Shown here: positions 17,341-27,995 of the stretch, one piece after another
Position numbering within the stretch: the stretch's first letter is position 1
Layout of the letters: every line of letters begins with the position of its first letter
Assembly (NCBI GenBank): GCA_039794085.1
Contig: JBDIWC010000012.1
Coordinates: forward strand, 1 to 64,000
Source: Gemmatimonadales bacterium
GTDB taxonomy: Bacteria; Gemmatimonadota; Gemmatimonadetes; Gemmatimonadales; GWC2-71-9
Reading direction: 5' to 3'
DNA length: 64,000 nucleotides
The notes under the pieces: generated by a model
What the model was told of the DNA's origin: nothing
The model's input: the letters and a program-made list of their open reading frames with translations, nothing else
The model's database searches: none
Made by a program: the position numbers and the translations under genes

Positions 17341-17457
17341 GCGTTTCATGGAGGAAGGCCACGGGTGTGCGGGAGGAGAAGGTGCCGAACGTCACCGGGA
17401 GCTGACGCCCCTGGCCCGCGTCGTGGGAACCAGGTCACCATCTCATGGGAGAGTTGC

Positions 17458-18384
17458 ATGCTGATTCGTCGTCCCCCCGCCATTCCTTCCTCCGAGATCA
17501 CCGAGGAGCGGCTCTACCTCGGCCGACGGGAGTTCGTGGCCTCCCTGGGTCTCGGGGTGGCCATGACGACCGGGATGGCTCAGCGGGCCGAGGCGCTGAT
17601 GCGGAGGGTGCATGGCGGTCCCCCGAGGCAGGAAAAACTGACACCGTGGGATTCGGTGACCGGGTACAACAACTTTTACGAGTTCGGGACCGGCAAGGAC
17701 GATCCGGCCCGGAACGCCCGCACCCTCCGACCAAGCCCCTGGTCCGTCGTGGTGGAGGGGGAAGCGGCGAAGACCGGGACCTTTCCCGTCGAGGACCTGA
17801 TCAAGGGCCTTGCGGTGGAGGAGCGGATCTACCGGCACCGGTGTGTCGAGGCCTGGTCGATGGTGGTGCCGTGGAACGGCATTCCGCTCCGCGCGGTGAT
17901 TGATCGGCTGGAGCCGACGAGCCGGGCCAGGTACGTCGAGTTCCTCACGCTGCACGATCCGGTCCAGATGCCGGGGCAACGCCGGCCGGTGCTCAGGTGG
18001 CCCTATGTCGAAGGGCTGCGGATGGACGAGGCCCGGCACCCGCTCACCCTCCTCGTGACCGGGGTATACGGCAAGACTCTTCCCAACCAGAACGGGGCCC
18101 CGATCCGGCTCGTCATTCCCTGGAAATACGGATTCAAGGGAGGCAAGTCAATCGTGAAGATTCGCTTCACCGAGCGGCAGCCGATGAACAGCTGGCAGCT
18201 CTCGGCGCCCCATGAATACGGCTTCTTCGCCAATGTGAATCCGGACGTGGATCACCCGCGCTGGAGCCAGGCGAGCGAACGGCGGATCGGGGAGTTCTTC
18301 AAACGCAAGACGCTGATGTTCAACGGCTACGCCGATGAGGTCGCCTCGCTCTATGCGGGGATGGACCTGCGCGCCAACTACTGA
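17458..18384 (+). CDS. msrP: Protein-methionine-sulfoxide reductase catalytic subunit
   Basis: Tat signal [29 protein letters not shown] and [14 protein letters not shown] motifs. Confidence 0.96.
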   Translation: MLIRRPPAIPSSEITEERLYLGRREFVASLGLGVAMTTGMAQRAEALMRRVHGGPPRQEKLTPWDSVTGYNNFYEFGTGKDDPARNARTLRPSPWSVVVEGEAAKTGTFPVEDLIKGLAVEERIYRHRCVEAWSMVVPWNGIPLRAVIDRLEPTSRARYVEFLTLHDPVQMPGQRRPVLRWPYVEGLRMDEARHPLTLLVTGVYGKTLPNQNGAPIRLVIPWKYGFKGGKSIVKIRFTERQPMNSWQLSAPHEYGFFANVNPDVDHPRWSQASERRIGEFFKRKTLMFNGYADEVASLYAGMDLRANY

Positions 18385-18387
18385 CGG

Positions 18388-19038
18388 ATGACGGGGGGAC
18401 AGTGGATCACCCGGGTGGCCAAGCCCTTGGTGTGGCTGGGGGCATCGGGACCGGCGGTGTGGCTGTTGGTGTGCTTTGGTCTGGGGGATCTGGGCCACGA
18501 CCCGGTCAAGACCATCACCTGGACCACCGGGATCACGGCGCTGATCCTGCTGCTCGCCACCCTTGTGATCACTCCGCTCCGGCAGGCGACGGGATGGAAC
18601 CCCCTGATCCGGCTCCGGCGCCTCGTGGGACTCTGGGCCTGGTGGTACGCCCTGATGCACTTTCTGACCTGGGCCGTGTTCGACCGGGAGCTGTCGCTGG
18701 CGGGCATGTGGGAGGACATCGCGGAGCGGACCTGGATCACGGTGGGATTCACCGCTTTCGTGCTGCTCACGCTGCTGGCGGCGACCTCCCCGCGGCGAAT
18801 GGTCCGATGGCTCGGCGGGAAGAGATGGCAGGCGCTGCACCGGCTGGTCTATGTGGCTGCGGCCCTGGGGGTCCTGCACTTTCTCTGGCTCGTAAAGCTT
18901 GACGTCCGGGAACCGGTCTGGTACGCTCTTGCCCTGGTGATTCTCCTTCTGGCCAGGACCGGGTGGGGTGTCCGACTGCTCGGCGCCCGTGCCGGACGAA
19001 TCCGGAATCGCCGTGACCTCGTGGATACGGCAGGGTGA
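18388..19038 (+). CDS. msrQ: MsrPQ heme-binding membrane subunit
   Basis: RLRRLVGL...YALMHF and WQALHRLVY...LHF; adjacent to msrP. Confidence 0.93.
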   Translation: MTGGQWITRVAKPLVWLGASGPAVWLLVCFGLGDLGHDPVKTITWTTGITALILLLATLVITPLRQATGWNPLIRLRRLVGLWAWWYALMHFLTWAVFDRELSLAGMWEDIAERTWITVGFTAFVLLTLLAATSPRRMVRWLGGKRWQALHRLVYVAAALGVLHFLWLVKLDVREPVWYALALVILLLARTGWGVRLLGARAGRIRNRRDLVDTAG

Positions 19039-19105
19039 TGGGCTCTTTCCGTCGCCATGCTTACCCGCATGGCCGAAGCGCGGTTTCTTTCTTAGTGAGG
19101 TGTGC

Positions 19106-19492
19106 ATGACTCGTTTGATTCGTGTGGGGATCGCTCTGGCCCTCTCCGTGGCGGGGCTGGTGTCCGGGGCTCGCGCCGCGAATGTGTTTCACAACCACCT
19201 GGTCAAGAGCACCCCGGCGGCGGATGACACGCTGGCCACGCCTCCCCCTCAGATCCGGCTCTGGTTCGCCGAACCGGCCATCCCGCGTCTGAGCGGTGTG
19301 GCGCTGTGGACGGTCGGCGCCGACAGTACCCGGATCACGGTGGGTCCCATGGCCGCCACCGACACCAATGTGTCGGTCGCCACCACGCTGGCCACTCCCC
19401 TCGCACCCGGGACCTACCGCGTGCGCTGGCGCACGGCGAGCGCCGATGGCCACGCGATTCGCGGATTCTACGACTTCGTCATCGCTCCCTGA
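19106..19492 (+). CDS. copC: Copper-binding protein CopC
   Basis: Signal peptide; HNHLVKSTPA...PGTYRVRWRTASADGH. Confidence 0.88.
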   Translation: MTRLIRVGIALALSVAGLVSGARAANVFHNHLVKSTPAADDTLATPPPQIRLWFAEPAIPRLSGVALWTVGADSTRITVGPMAATDTNVSVATTLATPLAPGTYRVRWRTASADGHAIRGFYDFVIAP

Positions 19493-19521
19493 GCCCGGTC
19501 GCCGCTCCCACTCGCCGGGCG

Positions 19522-19550
19522 TTGCGGCATCCCGGGAATCGGACTAGGTT
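19522..19550 (+). promoter_or_regulatory. Putative sigma70 promoter of pyrR-pyrB-pyrC
   Basis: TTGCGG-N17-TAGGTT. Confidence 0.45.
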
Positions 19551-19561
19551 CCGCGCCCGAG

Positions 19562-20101
19562 ATGCCCAACGCCACTCGGATCCTCGATCAGGCCGCCATG
19601 GAGCGGGCCCTGCGGCGCATGGCGTCCGAGATCGTGGAACGGTGCGGCGGAACCGATGACCTGGTCCTCGTCGGCATCCAACGCCGCGGGGTGGAACTCG
19701 CCGACCGCCTCGCCGCCCTGATTTCCTCCGCCCACGGGGTGACCATTCCCCGGGGCAAGCTCGACATCACTCTCTATCGCGACGACCTCCAGGCCATCGG
19801 TCCCCGCCCGGTCGTCAACGAAACCCGTCTCCCGGACCTCGACGACCGGATCGTGGTGATCGTCGATGACGTACTCTACTCCGGCCGCACGGCCCGCGCC
19901 GCCCTCGACGAAGTGGCCGACTTCGGCCGGCCGAGCCGCATTCTGCTCACGGTGCTGGTGGATCGCGGAGGGCGGGAGCTCCCCATTCAGGCCGACGTGG
20001 TGGGAACGACCGTGAGTGCCGGCCCCGGCGACCGGGTGGATGTGCGGGTGACCGAACTCGACGGCGTGGACGAGGTGATCCTCGTGCGAGCCCCGGCATG
20101 A
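19562..20101 (+). CDS. pyrR: Bifunctional pyr regulator / uracil phosphoribosyltransferase
   Basis: [20 protein letters not shown] and [13 protein letters not shown] motifs. Confidence 0.96.
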   Translation: MPNATRILDQAAMERALRRMASEIVERCGGTDDLVLVGIQRRGVELADRLAALISSAHGVTIPRGKLDITLYRDDLQAIGPRPVVNETRLPDLDDRIVVIVDDVLYSGRTARAALDEVADFGRPSRILLTVLVDRGGRELPIQADVVGTTVSAGPGDRVDVRVTELDGVDEVILVRAPA

Positions 20102-21054
20102 CGGCCTCCCTGGGCAAGGATCTGACCGGCCTCGAGTCGCTCTCGCGGGACCAGATCCAACTCATCCTCGACACGGCGGAACCGTTCAAGGAGGTCAGCG
20201 AGCGACCGATCAAGAAGGTGCCGGCGCTCCGGGGCAAGACGATCGTCAATCTCTTCTTCGAGGCCAGCACCCGCACCCGAATCTCCTTCGAGTTCGCCGA
20301 GAAACGGCTCTCGGCGGACACCGTGAACGTCGCGTCGTCGGGCAGTTCCGTCTCCAAGGGGGAGACGCTGGTGGACACCGCACGGAACCTTGAGGCGATG
20401 CGGATCGACATGGTGGTGATCCGCCATGGCGAGAGTGGCGCGGCGAAGTTCCTGGGGGACCGGATCCGGTCGAACGTGATCAACGCCGGGGATGGCACCC
20501 ATGAGCATCCGACCCAGGCCCTGCTCGATCTCCTGACCCTGCGGGACCGGTTCGGCCGCCTCGAGGGCCTCAAGGTGGCCATCTGCGGGGATATCCTGCA
20601 CAGCCGCGTGGCCCGCAGCAACCTCTGGGGGCTGCGGACCATGGGGGCCGAGGTGGGGGTGTGTGCGCCGCGCTCCCTCCTGCCGCGCGGGATCGAGGAG
20701 CTCGGCGTCACTGTGCTCCCGCGGATCGAGGATGCGATTGCCTGGGCGGACGCCCTCAACATTCTCCGGCTCCAGCTCGAGCGGATGCACGCGGGGTACA
20801 TCCCGTCGTTGCGCGAGTACAATCGGGTGTTCGGCGTGTCCCGGTCCCGCCTCGAAGCGGCGCCTGGTGAGATCGTGGTCCTGCATCCGGGCCCCATGAA
20901 TCGCGGGGTTGAGATCGACAGCGACGTGGCGGACGGGCCCCACAGCGTGATTCTCCCCCAGGTCACCAACGGGGTCGCCATCCGGATGGCGGTGCTCTAC
21001 CTCCTGGCCGGAGGGGCCCCCGACTGGGCGACGACCGGAGGTGACGACCGATGA
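20098..21054 (+). CDS. pyrB: Aspartate carbamoyltransferase catalytic subunit
   Basis: [23 protein letters not shown] and HPGPMNRG motifs. Confidence 0.98.
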   Translation: MTASLGKDLTGLESLSRDQIQLILDTAEPFKEVSERPIKKVPALRGKTIVNLFFEASTRTRISFEFAEKRLSADTVNVASSGSSVSKGETLVDTARNLEAMRIDMVVIRHGESGAAKFLGDRIRSNVINAGDGTHEHPTQALLDLLTLRDRFGRLEGLKVAICGDILHSRVARSNLWGLRTMGAEVGVCAPRSLLPRGIEELGVTVLPRIEDAIAWADALNILRLQLERMHAGYIPSLREYNRVFGVSRSRLEAAPGEIVVLHPGPMNRGVEIDSDVADGPHSVILPQVTNGVAIRMAVLYLLAGGAPDWATTGGDDR

Positions 21055-22352
21055 GACCCCTGCTCCTCCGCAACGCGCGCATCATCGATCCCTCCCGGCA
21101 GACCGACGGCATCGCCGACCTGTTGGTGGAGGAGGGACGCATCACGGCGGTGGGGCGGGGGGTCGAGGCACCCGAGGGGGCCGATGTCCGGGAGTGCACC
21201 GGAAAGGTGGTGGCCCCGGGTCTCATTGACCTGCATGTCCATCTCCGGGAGCCGGGACAGGAAGAGGCCGAGACCATCGCCAGTGGTGCGATGGCGGCGG
21301 CGGCGGGGGGCTTCACCGCCGTCTGCGCGATGCCCAACACCGATCCCGTCACCGACAACCAGGCCGCGGTCGGTTTCGTGGTGCGCCAGGCGATCCGGGC
21401 CGGGAAGGCGCGGGTCTACCCCATCGGGGCCGTCTCGATGGGACAGAAGGGGCAGCAACTCGCGGAGTTCGGAGAGCTGGTCGGGGCCGGCGCGGTGGCC
21501 GTGAGCGACGATGGTCGCCCGGTTGTGTCCTCCCACCTCATGCGGACGGCCCTGGAGTATGCCCGCACCTTCGGGATCCCGGTCGCCGACCATTGTGAGG
21601 ATCCCACGCTGGCCGGGGGTGCCATGCACGAGGGGTTGGTGGCCACCCGGCTCGGCCTCAAGGGGATTCCTTCCGCCGCCGAGGAGATCATGGTGGCCCG
21701 GGACATCATCCTGGCCGAATTGACCGGGGGGCATGTTCACCTGTGTCACATGTCGACCCGGGGCTCGGTCGACCTGATTCGCCGGGCCAAGGACCGGGGC
21801 CTGAGGGTGACAGCGGAGGCGACACCCCACCACTTTGCCCTGACGCATGATCGGTGCGAGGGGTACGACACCAACGCCAAGATGAATCCCCCCCTCCGCG
21901 AGGAGGAGGATCGCGCCGCCATCCGGGAAGCGCTGCGGGACGGGACCATCGATGTGATCGCCTCGGATCATGCGCCCCACCACTACGACGCCAAGGAGCG
22001 GGCCTTCGCGGAGGCTCCCAACGGGATCGTCGGTCTGGAAACCGCCCTTGGGTTGGGCCTTCGGGAACTGGTCGTTCCTGGTCTCCTCACTCTGCCGGAG
22101 CTGATCGCGCGGATGAGCACCCTGCCGGCCCGGATATTTCACCTCCCCGGTGGAACCCTGGCGGTGGGCGCCCCCGCCGACCTCTTCGTCTTCGATCCCG
22201 ATCGGGCGTGGACAGTTCGGGCGGAGGAGTTCCACTCCCGGAGCGCCAACTCTCCGTTCCTCGGGGAGACACTCCCGGGGCGAACGGAACTGACTCTGGT
22301 GGATGGACGCATCGTCTTTGAACAGAGAGAGAACCAGGGCAGGGTGCAATGA
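21051..22352 (+). CDS. pyrC: Dihydroorotase
   Basis: [21 protein letters not shown] and SDHAPH motifs. Confidence 0.97.
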   Translation: MRPLLLRNARIIDPSRQTDGIADLLVEEGRITAVGRGVEAPEGADVRECTGKVVAPGLIDLHVHLREPGQEEAETIASGAMAAAAGGFTAVCAMPNTDPVTDNQAAVGFVVRQAIRAGKARVYPIGAVSMGQKGQQLAEFGELVGAGAVAVSDDGRPVVSSHLMRTALEYARTFGIPVADHCEDPTLAGGAMHEGLVATRLGLKGIPSAAEEIMVARDIILAELTGGHVHLCHMSTRGSVDLIRRAKDRGLRVTAEATPHHFALTHDRCEGYDTNAKMNPPLREEEDRAAIREALRDGTIDVIASDHAPHHYDAKERAFAEAPNGIVGLETALGLGLRELVVPGLLTLPELIARMSTLPARIFHLPGGTLAVGAPADLFVFDPDRAWTVRAEEFHSRSANSPFLGETLPGRTELTLVDGRIVFEQRENQGRVQ

Positions 22353-22749
22353 GGTTCGCGCCTCGCGTGGGCCTTGGACCGGATGCAGGGTCTGTCGTCC
22401 GCCGGAGGCAGTGACTGGAAACGAGTCGGTGTGAAGTCTCCCGTGCTATTTCCTGCACTCCCCTCGGGCTACTCCGGGTCTCTTCTTCGTTGTACATTGT
22501 GAGCATGCTTTGAGCGCGGAGTGGGGCGCGGCGCGGTAACGTGTTGCTGTACAGTGCGGTACGGAATCGCTCTGGAGATACCCCGCATCCGGACTTTCGG
22601 TCGTGACCGACAGGTTGGCTTCCGAGAGTGCTCCGGTGTGGGACGGTCCCTCTCCGGCGGCCCGGACCTTGCTCGCTGAAGCGATTCAGGCCATGCAGCC
22701 GGGTGGCTGGGCCCTGTCCGATCGGGCTGAAACCTGGAAGGAGTTGGTC

Positions 22750-23682
22750 ATGACCGACGACCGAAAACTGGAGGAACAGGCCATCGAGGAGCTTCTCGGC
22801 ACCCGCCAGCAACTGACGGAATGGCTTCAGAAGATCAACGCGGCGGGCGGGGGCGTTCCCGGGAGCGTTCGTGAACGGGTGCGGGCGGATTATGAAGGGC
22901 GGTTGGCGGAGGTGGTGTTTTCGCTTCGCAACCACTCCGAAACCCTCACGGCCACGGTCGACACCTTGCGCGCTTCTCTCGGGGAGCAGAATCGGATCCG
23001 GGAACAGGAAGAGGAGACGATCGCGGAGGTGGAACTCCGGTTTCACGTCGGTGAATACGGTGAGGTGGAGTGGGCCAGTCGGCGGGATGCCTCGCAGAAG
23101 AAGTTGGAAGAGGCGCTGGAGGCGATCCATCAGCTGACCGCGGACATCTCCCGGTACGAGGAGGTTCTCGGCCAGATTCAGGAGGACTCGGTGAGGGAGG
23201 TTCCCGCCGCGGCGGAACCGGCCGAAGCCGAGGCCGCGGTGGAATCCGCCGAAGGGGGGGAGGAACGGAGGTGGGAGGCGACCGGTGCGGCGGAGGATGT
23301 GCCCGCCGTCGAGCGGGGGGATCGGGATTCCGAGATCGCTCTTCATCGGACTCAATCCGGGGCGCATGCCCACGTTCCAGAACCGGTCGAGGCCCCTCGT
23401 TTCATTCCGAAGGGGGAGCCGGTGACCCCGCGCCCGGCTCGGGTGGGGGCGGGAAGCGCGCCCCGCAGTCCGGTCGGGTCCCCCGGCGACGATCTCGCAT
23501 TCCTGAAGGCGATGACCATCGATCCGTCCCGGTCCACCGCCGCTCCGCGGGCCGGGGAGCGCGCCGAAAGGGCGGGGTCCGGGACTTCCGCCAAGTCGCT
23601 CAAATGTGGAGAGTGCAGCGCCATGAACCGTCCGACCGAATGGTACTGCGAGCGGTGCGGCGCCGAGCTCGCCGCCCTCTGA
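22750..23682 (+). CDS. Hypothetical coiled-coil protein with C-terminal zinc ribbon
   Basis: RBS GAAGGAG; heptad-rich N-terminal half; acidic/Pro linker; CGEC...YCERC. Confidence 0.8.
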   Translation: MTDDRKLEEQAIEELLGTRQQLTEWLQKINAAGGGVPGSVRERVRADYEGRLAEVVFSLRNHSETLTATVDTLRASLGEQNRIREQEEETIAEVELRFHVGEYGEVEWASRRDASQKKLEEALEAIHQLTADISRYEEVLGQIQEDSVREVPAAAEPAEAEAAVESAEGGEERRWEATGAAEDVPAVERGDRDSEIALHRTQSGAHAHVPEPVEAPRFIPKGEPVTPRPARVGAGSAPRSPVGSPGDDLAFLKAMTIDPSRSTAAPRAGERAERAGSGTSAKSLKCGECSAMNRPTEWYCERCGAELAAL

Positions 23683-23699
23683 TCAACCGGGAGTCAGGG

Positions 23700-23740
23700 A
23701 AAAAGAAGACGGGGGTCCGGCCTGAGTGGCGGGACCCCCG
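23700..23740 (-). terminator. Intrinsic terminator of rpsT (between convergent genes)
   Basis: CGGGGGTCC/GGACCCCCG stem with TCTTCTTTTT on the minus strand. Confidence 0.75.
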
Positions 23741-23773
23741 TTGAGCATGTCCGGCTCGACTGCGGAAAGTCGG

Positions 23774-24031
23774 TCAGGTCTTTTGGGCCTGGACGGTGCG
23801 GGCCAACCGATGCTTGGTCCGGGCCGCGGTATTGGGGTGAATGAGGTGCTTTCTCCCCGCACGGTCGATGATCTTCTCCGCCGCCGCAAAAGCCGCCTGG
23901 GCTTCCTCCGGCGTCGGGGCCGTGCGGACATGTTTGATAGCGGTGCGGAGCGCACTGCGCTGCTGGCGGTTCTGTTCGGTCCGGGTGCGGGTCTGCCGCA
24001 TCCGTTTCTTTGCGGATTTGATACGGGGCAC
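23774..24031 (-). CDS. rpsT: 30S ribosomal protein S20
   Basis: PRIKSAKKRMRQ...RSALRTAIK...IHPNTAARTKHRL; GTG behind GAGGTG. Confidence 0.95.
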   Translation of the reverse strand: MPRIKSAKKRMRQTRTRTEQNRQQRSALRTAIKHVRTAPTPEEAQAAFAAAEKIIDRAGRKHLIHPNTAARTKHRLARTVQAQKT

Positions 24032-24207
24032 AGCCACCTCAACGGGACTTCGAGTGGAATTGTTCGGCGCACCCGCGTTTTCCGGGTGCGTGTTACCAAG
24101 CCCACCAAGATACCCGGATACGGGTGGGTGCCGCAAGGCGTCGGTTGTTTTGACTTGGGACGTGGGGGCCCGCTAACTTCCCCCCCGCCCTGACACGAGG
24201 ACGTCCC

Positions 24208-24897
24208 CTGCTCGGTGATTTTGCGCTGGCCCTTCCCGTACTCGTCTTTTCCGTGGTGGCACACGAGTACGCTCACGGGGCGGTTGCCCTGAGCCAGGGG
24301 GACCAGACGGCGGCTCGGCTCGGACGGCTGACCCTCAATCCGCTGCCCCATACCGACCTGTGGATGACCATCCTGCTGCCGGCCCTCCTCTGGTTCGGCT
24401 CGGGAGGACAGTTTACGTTCGGCGGGGCGAAGCCCGTTCCGGTGGATCCACGCAACTTTCGCGATCCCCGGTGGAGTGACGTGCTGGTGTCGGCGGCGGG
24501 GGTCGTGACCAACGCTCTTCTGGCCCTGGTGGCCGCCCTGGTGTTCGTGGTGGCAGGTCTCGTGGCCGGTGCCTGGCCCGACGCTGTCCCGATGGCTGAT
24601 GTGGTCCAGCGGATGATGACCTGGGGGATCTGGCTCAATCTCATGCTTGCCGTTTTCAATCTCATCCCGGTGCCGCCCCTCGACGGCTCCCACCTCCTGT
24701 ATCACTTCCTCCCCCCCCGGATCGGGCTGGCCTACCGGCAGGTGGCGCGGTTCGGGGTCATTCCGCTGCTCCTGCTGATGGTGTTCTACCCGGGGGGAAT
24801 TTCCCTCCTGCTCGCGCCGGCCCGGTGGGGGGTGTCCTGGTTGCTCGACCTCGTGGTGCCGTTCGCCGCGGGGACGGGATGGAACATCTTCGGATGA
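24208..24897 (+). CDS. Site-2 protease (M50 family), probable CTG start
   Basis: HEYAH, GRLTLNP and FNLIPVPPLDG motifs; GAGGA 6 nt before CTG 24208; first canonical start (GTG 24253) falls inside TM1. Confidence 0.9.
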   Translation: MLGDFALALPVLVFSVVAHEYAHGAVALSQGDQTAARLGRLTLNPLPHTDLWMTILLPALLWFGSGGQFTFGGAKPVPVDPRNFRDPRWSDVLVSAAGVVTNALLALVAALVFVVAGLVAGAWPDAVPMADVVQRMMTWGIWLNLMLAVFNLIPVPPLDGSHLLYHFLPPRIGLAYRQVARFGVIPLLLLMVFYPGGISLLLAPARWGVSWLLDLVVPFAAGTGWNIFG

Positions 24898-25646
24898 CGG
24901 TCGCGGAATCCGGTGCCCCGGTGCGCGGTACCGTGGAGGACGGCGGTTTCGTCGTCCGTCTCGATTCGTTTTCGGGGCCTCTCGACCTGCTTCTGCACCT
25001 CCTTCGCGAGGAGCAGATCGACATCGCCGACATTCCGATCGCGAGGATCGCGGATCAGTTTCTGGCCGCCATCCATTCCCTGGGTCTGAACCAGGCCGCG
25101 GACTATCTGGACCTCGCCGGCCGGCTGGTTCGGCTCAAGGTTCAGATGTTGCTCCCCCGGTCGGGAGACGGAGAGGAGTGGGTCGATCCCCGGGCGGAAC
25201 TGGTCCGGCGGCTCCTCGAGTATCAGCAGATCAAGGAAATCGCCCTCTGGTTCGACCGGGCGGCGTCGGAGCGGGGGAACCGTTTCGCGCGGGGCTATCT
25301 TCCGGAGCCACCGGCCCTGCCCCCTCCCCCCCTGCAGCTTGATCTGGTCGAGCTTCTGAGTGCCGTGGAGCGCGTCATCGCGGGGATCATGCACCCGGTG
25401 ATGCACCGTGTGGTGGCCCGTCCCCTGGACGTGGAGGGGGCCACGGCACGGATCATGACACTGCTCGAGGACCAGGACGCTTTCGACTGGCGCCGTGCCC
25501 TGGGAGAGCGTCCCACGATCGTCGAGGTGCTCTCCACTCTCCTTGCGCTGCTGGAACTGGCCCGTCATGGTATCGTTCGGGTGGCCCAAGCATCGCCCTT
25601 CGCCTCCATGATGGTGACCCGTGACTCCTCTCGCCCAGCTGATTGA
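24894..25646 (+). CDS. scpA: Segregation and condensation protein A
   Basis: FSGPLDLLLHL, DPRAELVRRLLEYQ and LLALLEL motifs. Confidence 0.93.
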   Translation: MTVAESGAPVRGTVEDGGFVVRLDSFSGPLDLLLHLLREEQIDIADIPIARIADQFLAAIHSLGLNQAADYLDLAGRLVRLKVQMLLPRSGDGEEWVDPRAELVRRLLEYQQIKEIALWFDRAASERGNRFARGYLPEPPALPPPPLQLDLVELLSAVERVIAGIMHPVMHRVVARPLDVEGATARIMTLLEDQDAFDWRRALGERPTIVEVLSTLLALLELARHGIVRVAQASPFASMMVTRDSSRPAD

Positions 25647-26205
25647 AGCGGCCCTGTTCGCCGCCCCGCGACCCCTGACCGCGGAGGAACTGCAGCCTCT
25701 CGATCCCGAACGCTCCCTGGACGAGGTGCGGGAGGCGCTTGCCCAACTGCGCGACCACTATGAGTACGACGGCCATGGTGTCGAACTGCTGGAAATCGGG
25801 GGAGGAGTTCAGATCGTCACCCGCCCCGCCTTTGCCGCGGCGATCGAGCGCGCCCAGTTTGCCGTGCGGGCACCAAGGTTGACACCGGCGATGCTCGAGA
25901 CCCTCGCGGTCATCGCCTACCGGCAGCCGGTGGGACGGGCGGAGGTCGAGGAGATTCGCGGCGTGTCGGCGAGCGGAGTGCTCCGGACACTGCAGGAACG
26001 GGGGCTCATCGAGGTGGTCGGGCGGAGTGAGGGGCTGGGTCGCCCTCTGCTGTACGGCACCACCCCGCTTTTCCTGGAACTGCTGGGCCTGGCGGATATC
26101 GGGAATCTTCCCCGGGCGGAGGAGTTGAGCATCGCCCTCGCGCCCCCGGTGCCGGAACAGGTTGACGCGGACGACGCCACGGTGTGGGTCGAGGCCGACG
26201 CATGA
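25621..26205 (+). CDS. scpB: SMC-Scp complex subunit ScpB
   Basis: IEAALFA, LETLAVIAYRQPV, EEIRGV and GRPLLYGTT motifs. Confidence 0.95.
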   Translation: MTPLAQLIEAALFAAPRPLTAEELQPLDPERSLDEVREALAQLRDHYEYDGHGVELLEIGGGVQIVTRPAFAAAIERAQFAVRAPRLTPAMLETLAVIAYRQPVGRAEVEEIRGVSASGVLRTLQERGLIEVVGRSEGLGRPLLYGTTPLFLELLGLADIGNLPRAEELSIALAPPVPEQVDADDATVWVEADA

Positions 26206-27002
26206 CTCTCATGAGATTGCAGCGCGCCCTGGCCCGGGCGGGCGTCGCGTCGCGCCGGGCGGCCGAGGAGCTGATCACGGCCGGGAAGGTCCGGGTGGAC
26301 GGAGTGGTGGCCACGCTCGGCAGCAGTGTCGATCCGGACACGCAGTCCATCAGTGTGGGGGGACGACGTGTCTCCCTCAAGACCACGCGCTGGCTCGCGG
26401 TCCACAAGCCGCTGGGGGTGGTGACCAGTGCCTCGGATCCGGAGGGACGCCGCACCGTGTTCGACCTGGTGCGGGATCCCGCGGGACTCGCCTATGTGGG
26501 GCGACTGGACATCAACACGACGGGCCTCCTCCTGCTGACGACCGATGGGGATGCCGTGCACCGGCTCACCCACCCACGGTACCGGGTGCCCCGGGAGTAC
26601 ATCGCCCTGGTCCATGGACGCGATCCGTCCGAGGTCGCCGGATTGGTGTCGAAACGGGTGGTGGTGGACGGACGGCCCATCCTGCCCACCGGGGTGCGGG
26701 TCACGCCCGGCCGAGAGGGGCGGAGCGTGGTGCACCTGACGCTCACCGAGGGGCGCCACCACGTGGTGCGCAAGTGGTGTGGCGAGCTCGGCCTCAAGGT
26801 GGAGCGTCTGGCCCGGGTGGCCTACGGACCGATCCGCCTCGGGGACCTTCCGGTGGGCAAGACCCGGCCCCTCACTCCGGGCGAGGTGTCGGCCCTGCGC
26901 CGGCTGGTGAACCTCGAGGAGGGGACCGATGAAACCGTCCGCCGACCCGGGACGTCGAGCAAGAGGACCCCCCGTCGCGGGGGAGGCAAGGAGAAGACAT
27001 GA
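26202..27002 (+). CDS. rluB: RsuA/RluB-family pseudouridine synthase
   Basis: S4 domain RLQRALARAGVASRR; VGRLDINTTGLLLLT; follows scpAB. Confidence 0.85.
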   Translation: MTLMRLQRALARAGVASRRAAEELITAGKVRVDGVVATLGSSVDPDTQSISVGGRRVSLKTTRWLAVHKPLGVVTSASDPEGRRTVFDLVRDPAGLAYVGRLDINTTGLLLLTTDGDAVHRLTHPRYRVPREYIALVHGRDPSEVAGLVSKRVVVDGRPILPTGVRVTPGREGRSVVHLTLTEGRHHVVRKWCGELGLKVERLARVAYGPIRLGDLPVGKTRPLTPGEVSALRRLVNLEEGTDETVRRPGTSSKRTPRRGGGKEKT

Positions 27003-27988
27003 GCGCGGACCCGATCACAGCCCCGAGGAGCACCGGAGTGGGAGCCACTCCCATCGCGGCCGTGGTGGCCGAGATCGGAAAGCGGGTCGTGGGGCAGGAT
27101 GCGATGATCGAACGGCTTCTCATCGGCCTTCTCACCGGAGGGCACGTGCTGCTCGAGGGGGTTCCGGGCCTGGCCAAGACTCTCGCGGTCCGGACCCTCG
27201 CGGAGGTGCTGCACGCCTCGCATGTGCGGATTCAGTTCACCCCCGACCTGCTGCCGTCGGATCTGATCGGGACCATGGTGTTCAACCAGAAGACCCAGGA
27301 GTTTTCGGTCAAGCGGGGTCCCCTCTTTGCCCAGATCGTTCTGGCGGACGAAGTGAACCGGGCCCCGGCCAAGGTGCAGGCGGCGCTGCTGGAGGCGATG
27401 CAGGAGCACCAGGTCACCATCGGGGGAACCACCTTTCCTCTGGAGGAGCCCTTCCTCGTCCTGGCGACCCAGAATCCGATCGAGAGCGAGGGGACCTACC
27501 CCCTTCCGGAGGCGCAGCTCGACCGATTCATGATGAAGGTGCATGTCGGGTACCCTTCCCGGGCCGAGGAGCGGGAAATGCTGGCCCGGATGGCGGGCGG
27601 CGTCCCGATCCCGGTGCGCCGGTTGATGACGCCGGAGGCGATCCTCGCGGCCCGGCTCGAGGTCCTGGCTCTGCACCTCGACCCCCGTCTGGGCGACTAC
27701 ATCGTGGACCTCGTGCGCGCCACCCGTGCACCCGCCAGCGTGGGACTGTCCACGCTGCAGCCTCTGGTGGGCTTTGGAGCCTCACCCCGGGCGTCGATCG
27801 CGCTGGCCCAGGCCTCGCGCGCCCACGCGTATCTCCGGGGGCGCACCTTCGTGACCCCGGATGACGTGCAGGCGGTGGCCCCGGACGTGCTGCGGCACCG
27901 CGTCGTGCTCACCTTCGAGGCCGAGGCCGAGGACGTGACGAGCGATGTCATCATCAGCCGCATCCTGGGAGTGGTCAAGCCAGCGTGA
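26999..27988 (+). CDS. MoxR-family AAA+ ATPase
   Basis: GVPGLAKT, RIQFTPDLLPSD, DEVNRA and ATQNPIESEGTYPLPEAQLDRF motifs. Confidence 0.96.
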   Translation: MSADPITAPRSTGVGATPIAAVVAEIGKRVVGQDAMIERLLIGLLTGGHVLLEGVPGLAKTLAVRTLAEVLHASHVRIQFTPDLLPSDLIGTMVFNQKTQEFSVKRGPLFAQIVLADEVNRAPAKVQAALLEAMQEHQVTIGGTTFPLEEPFLVLATQNPIESEGTYPLPEAQLDRFMMKVHVGYPSRAEEREMLARMAGGVPIPVRRLMTPEAILAARLEVLALHLDPRLGDYIVDLVRATRAPASVGLSTLQPLVGFGASPRASIALAQASRAHAYLRGRTFVTPDDVQAVAPDVLRHRVVLTFEAEAEDVTSDVIISRILGVVKPA

Positions 27989-27995
27989 GGGACGT

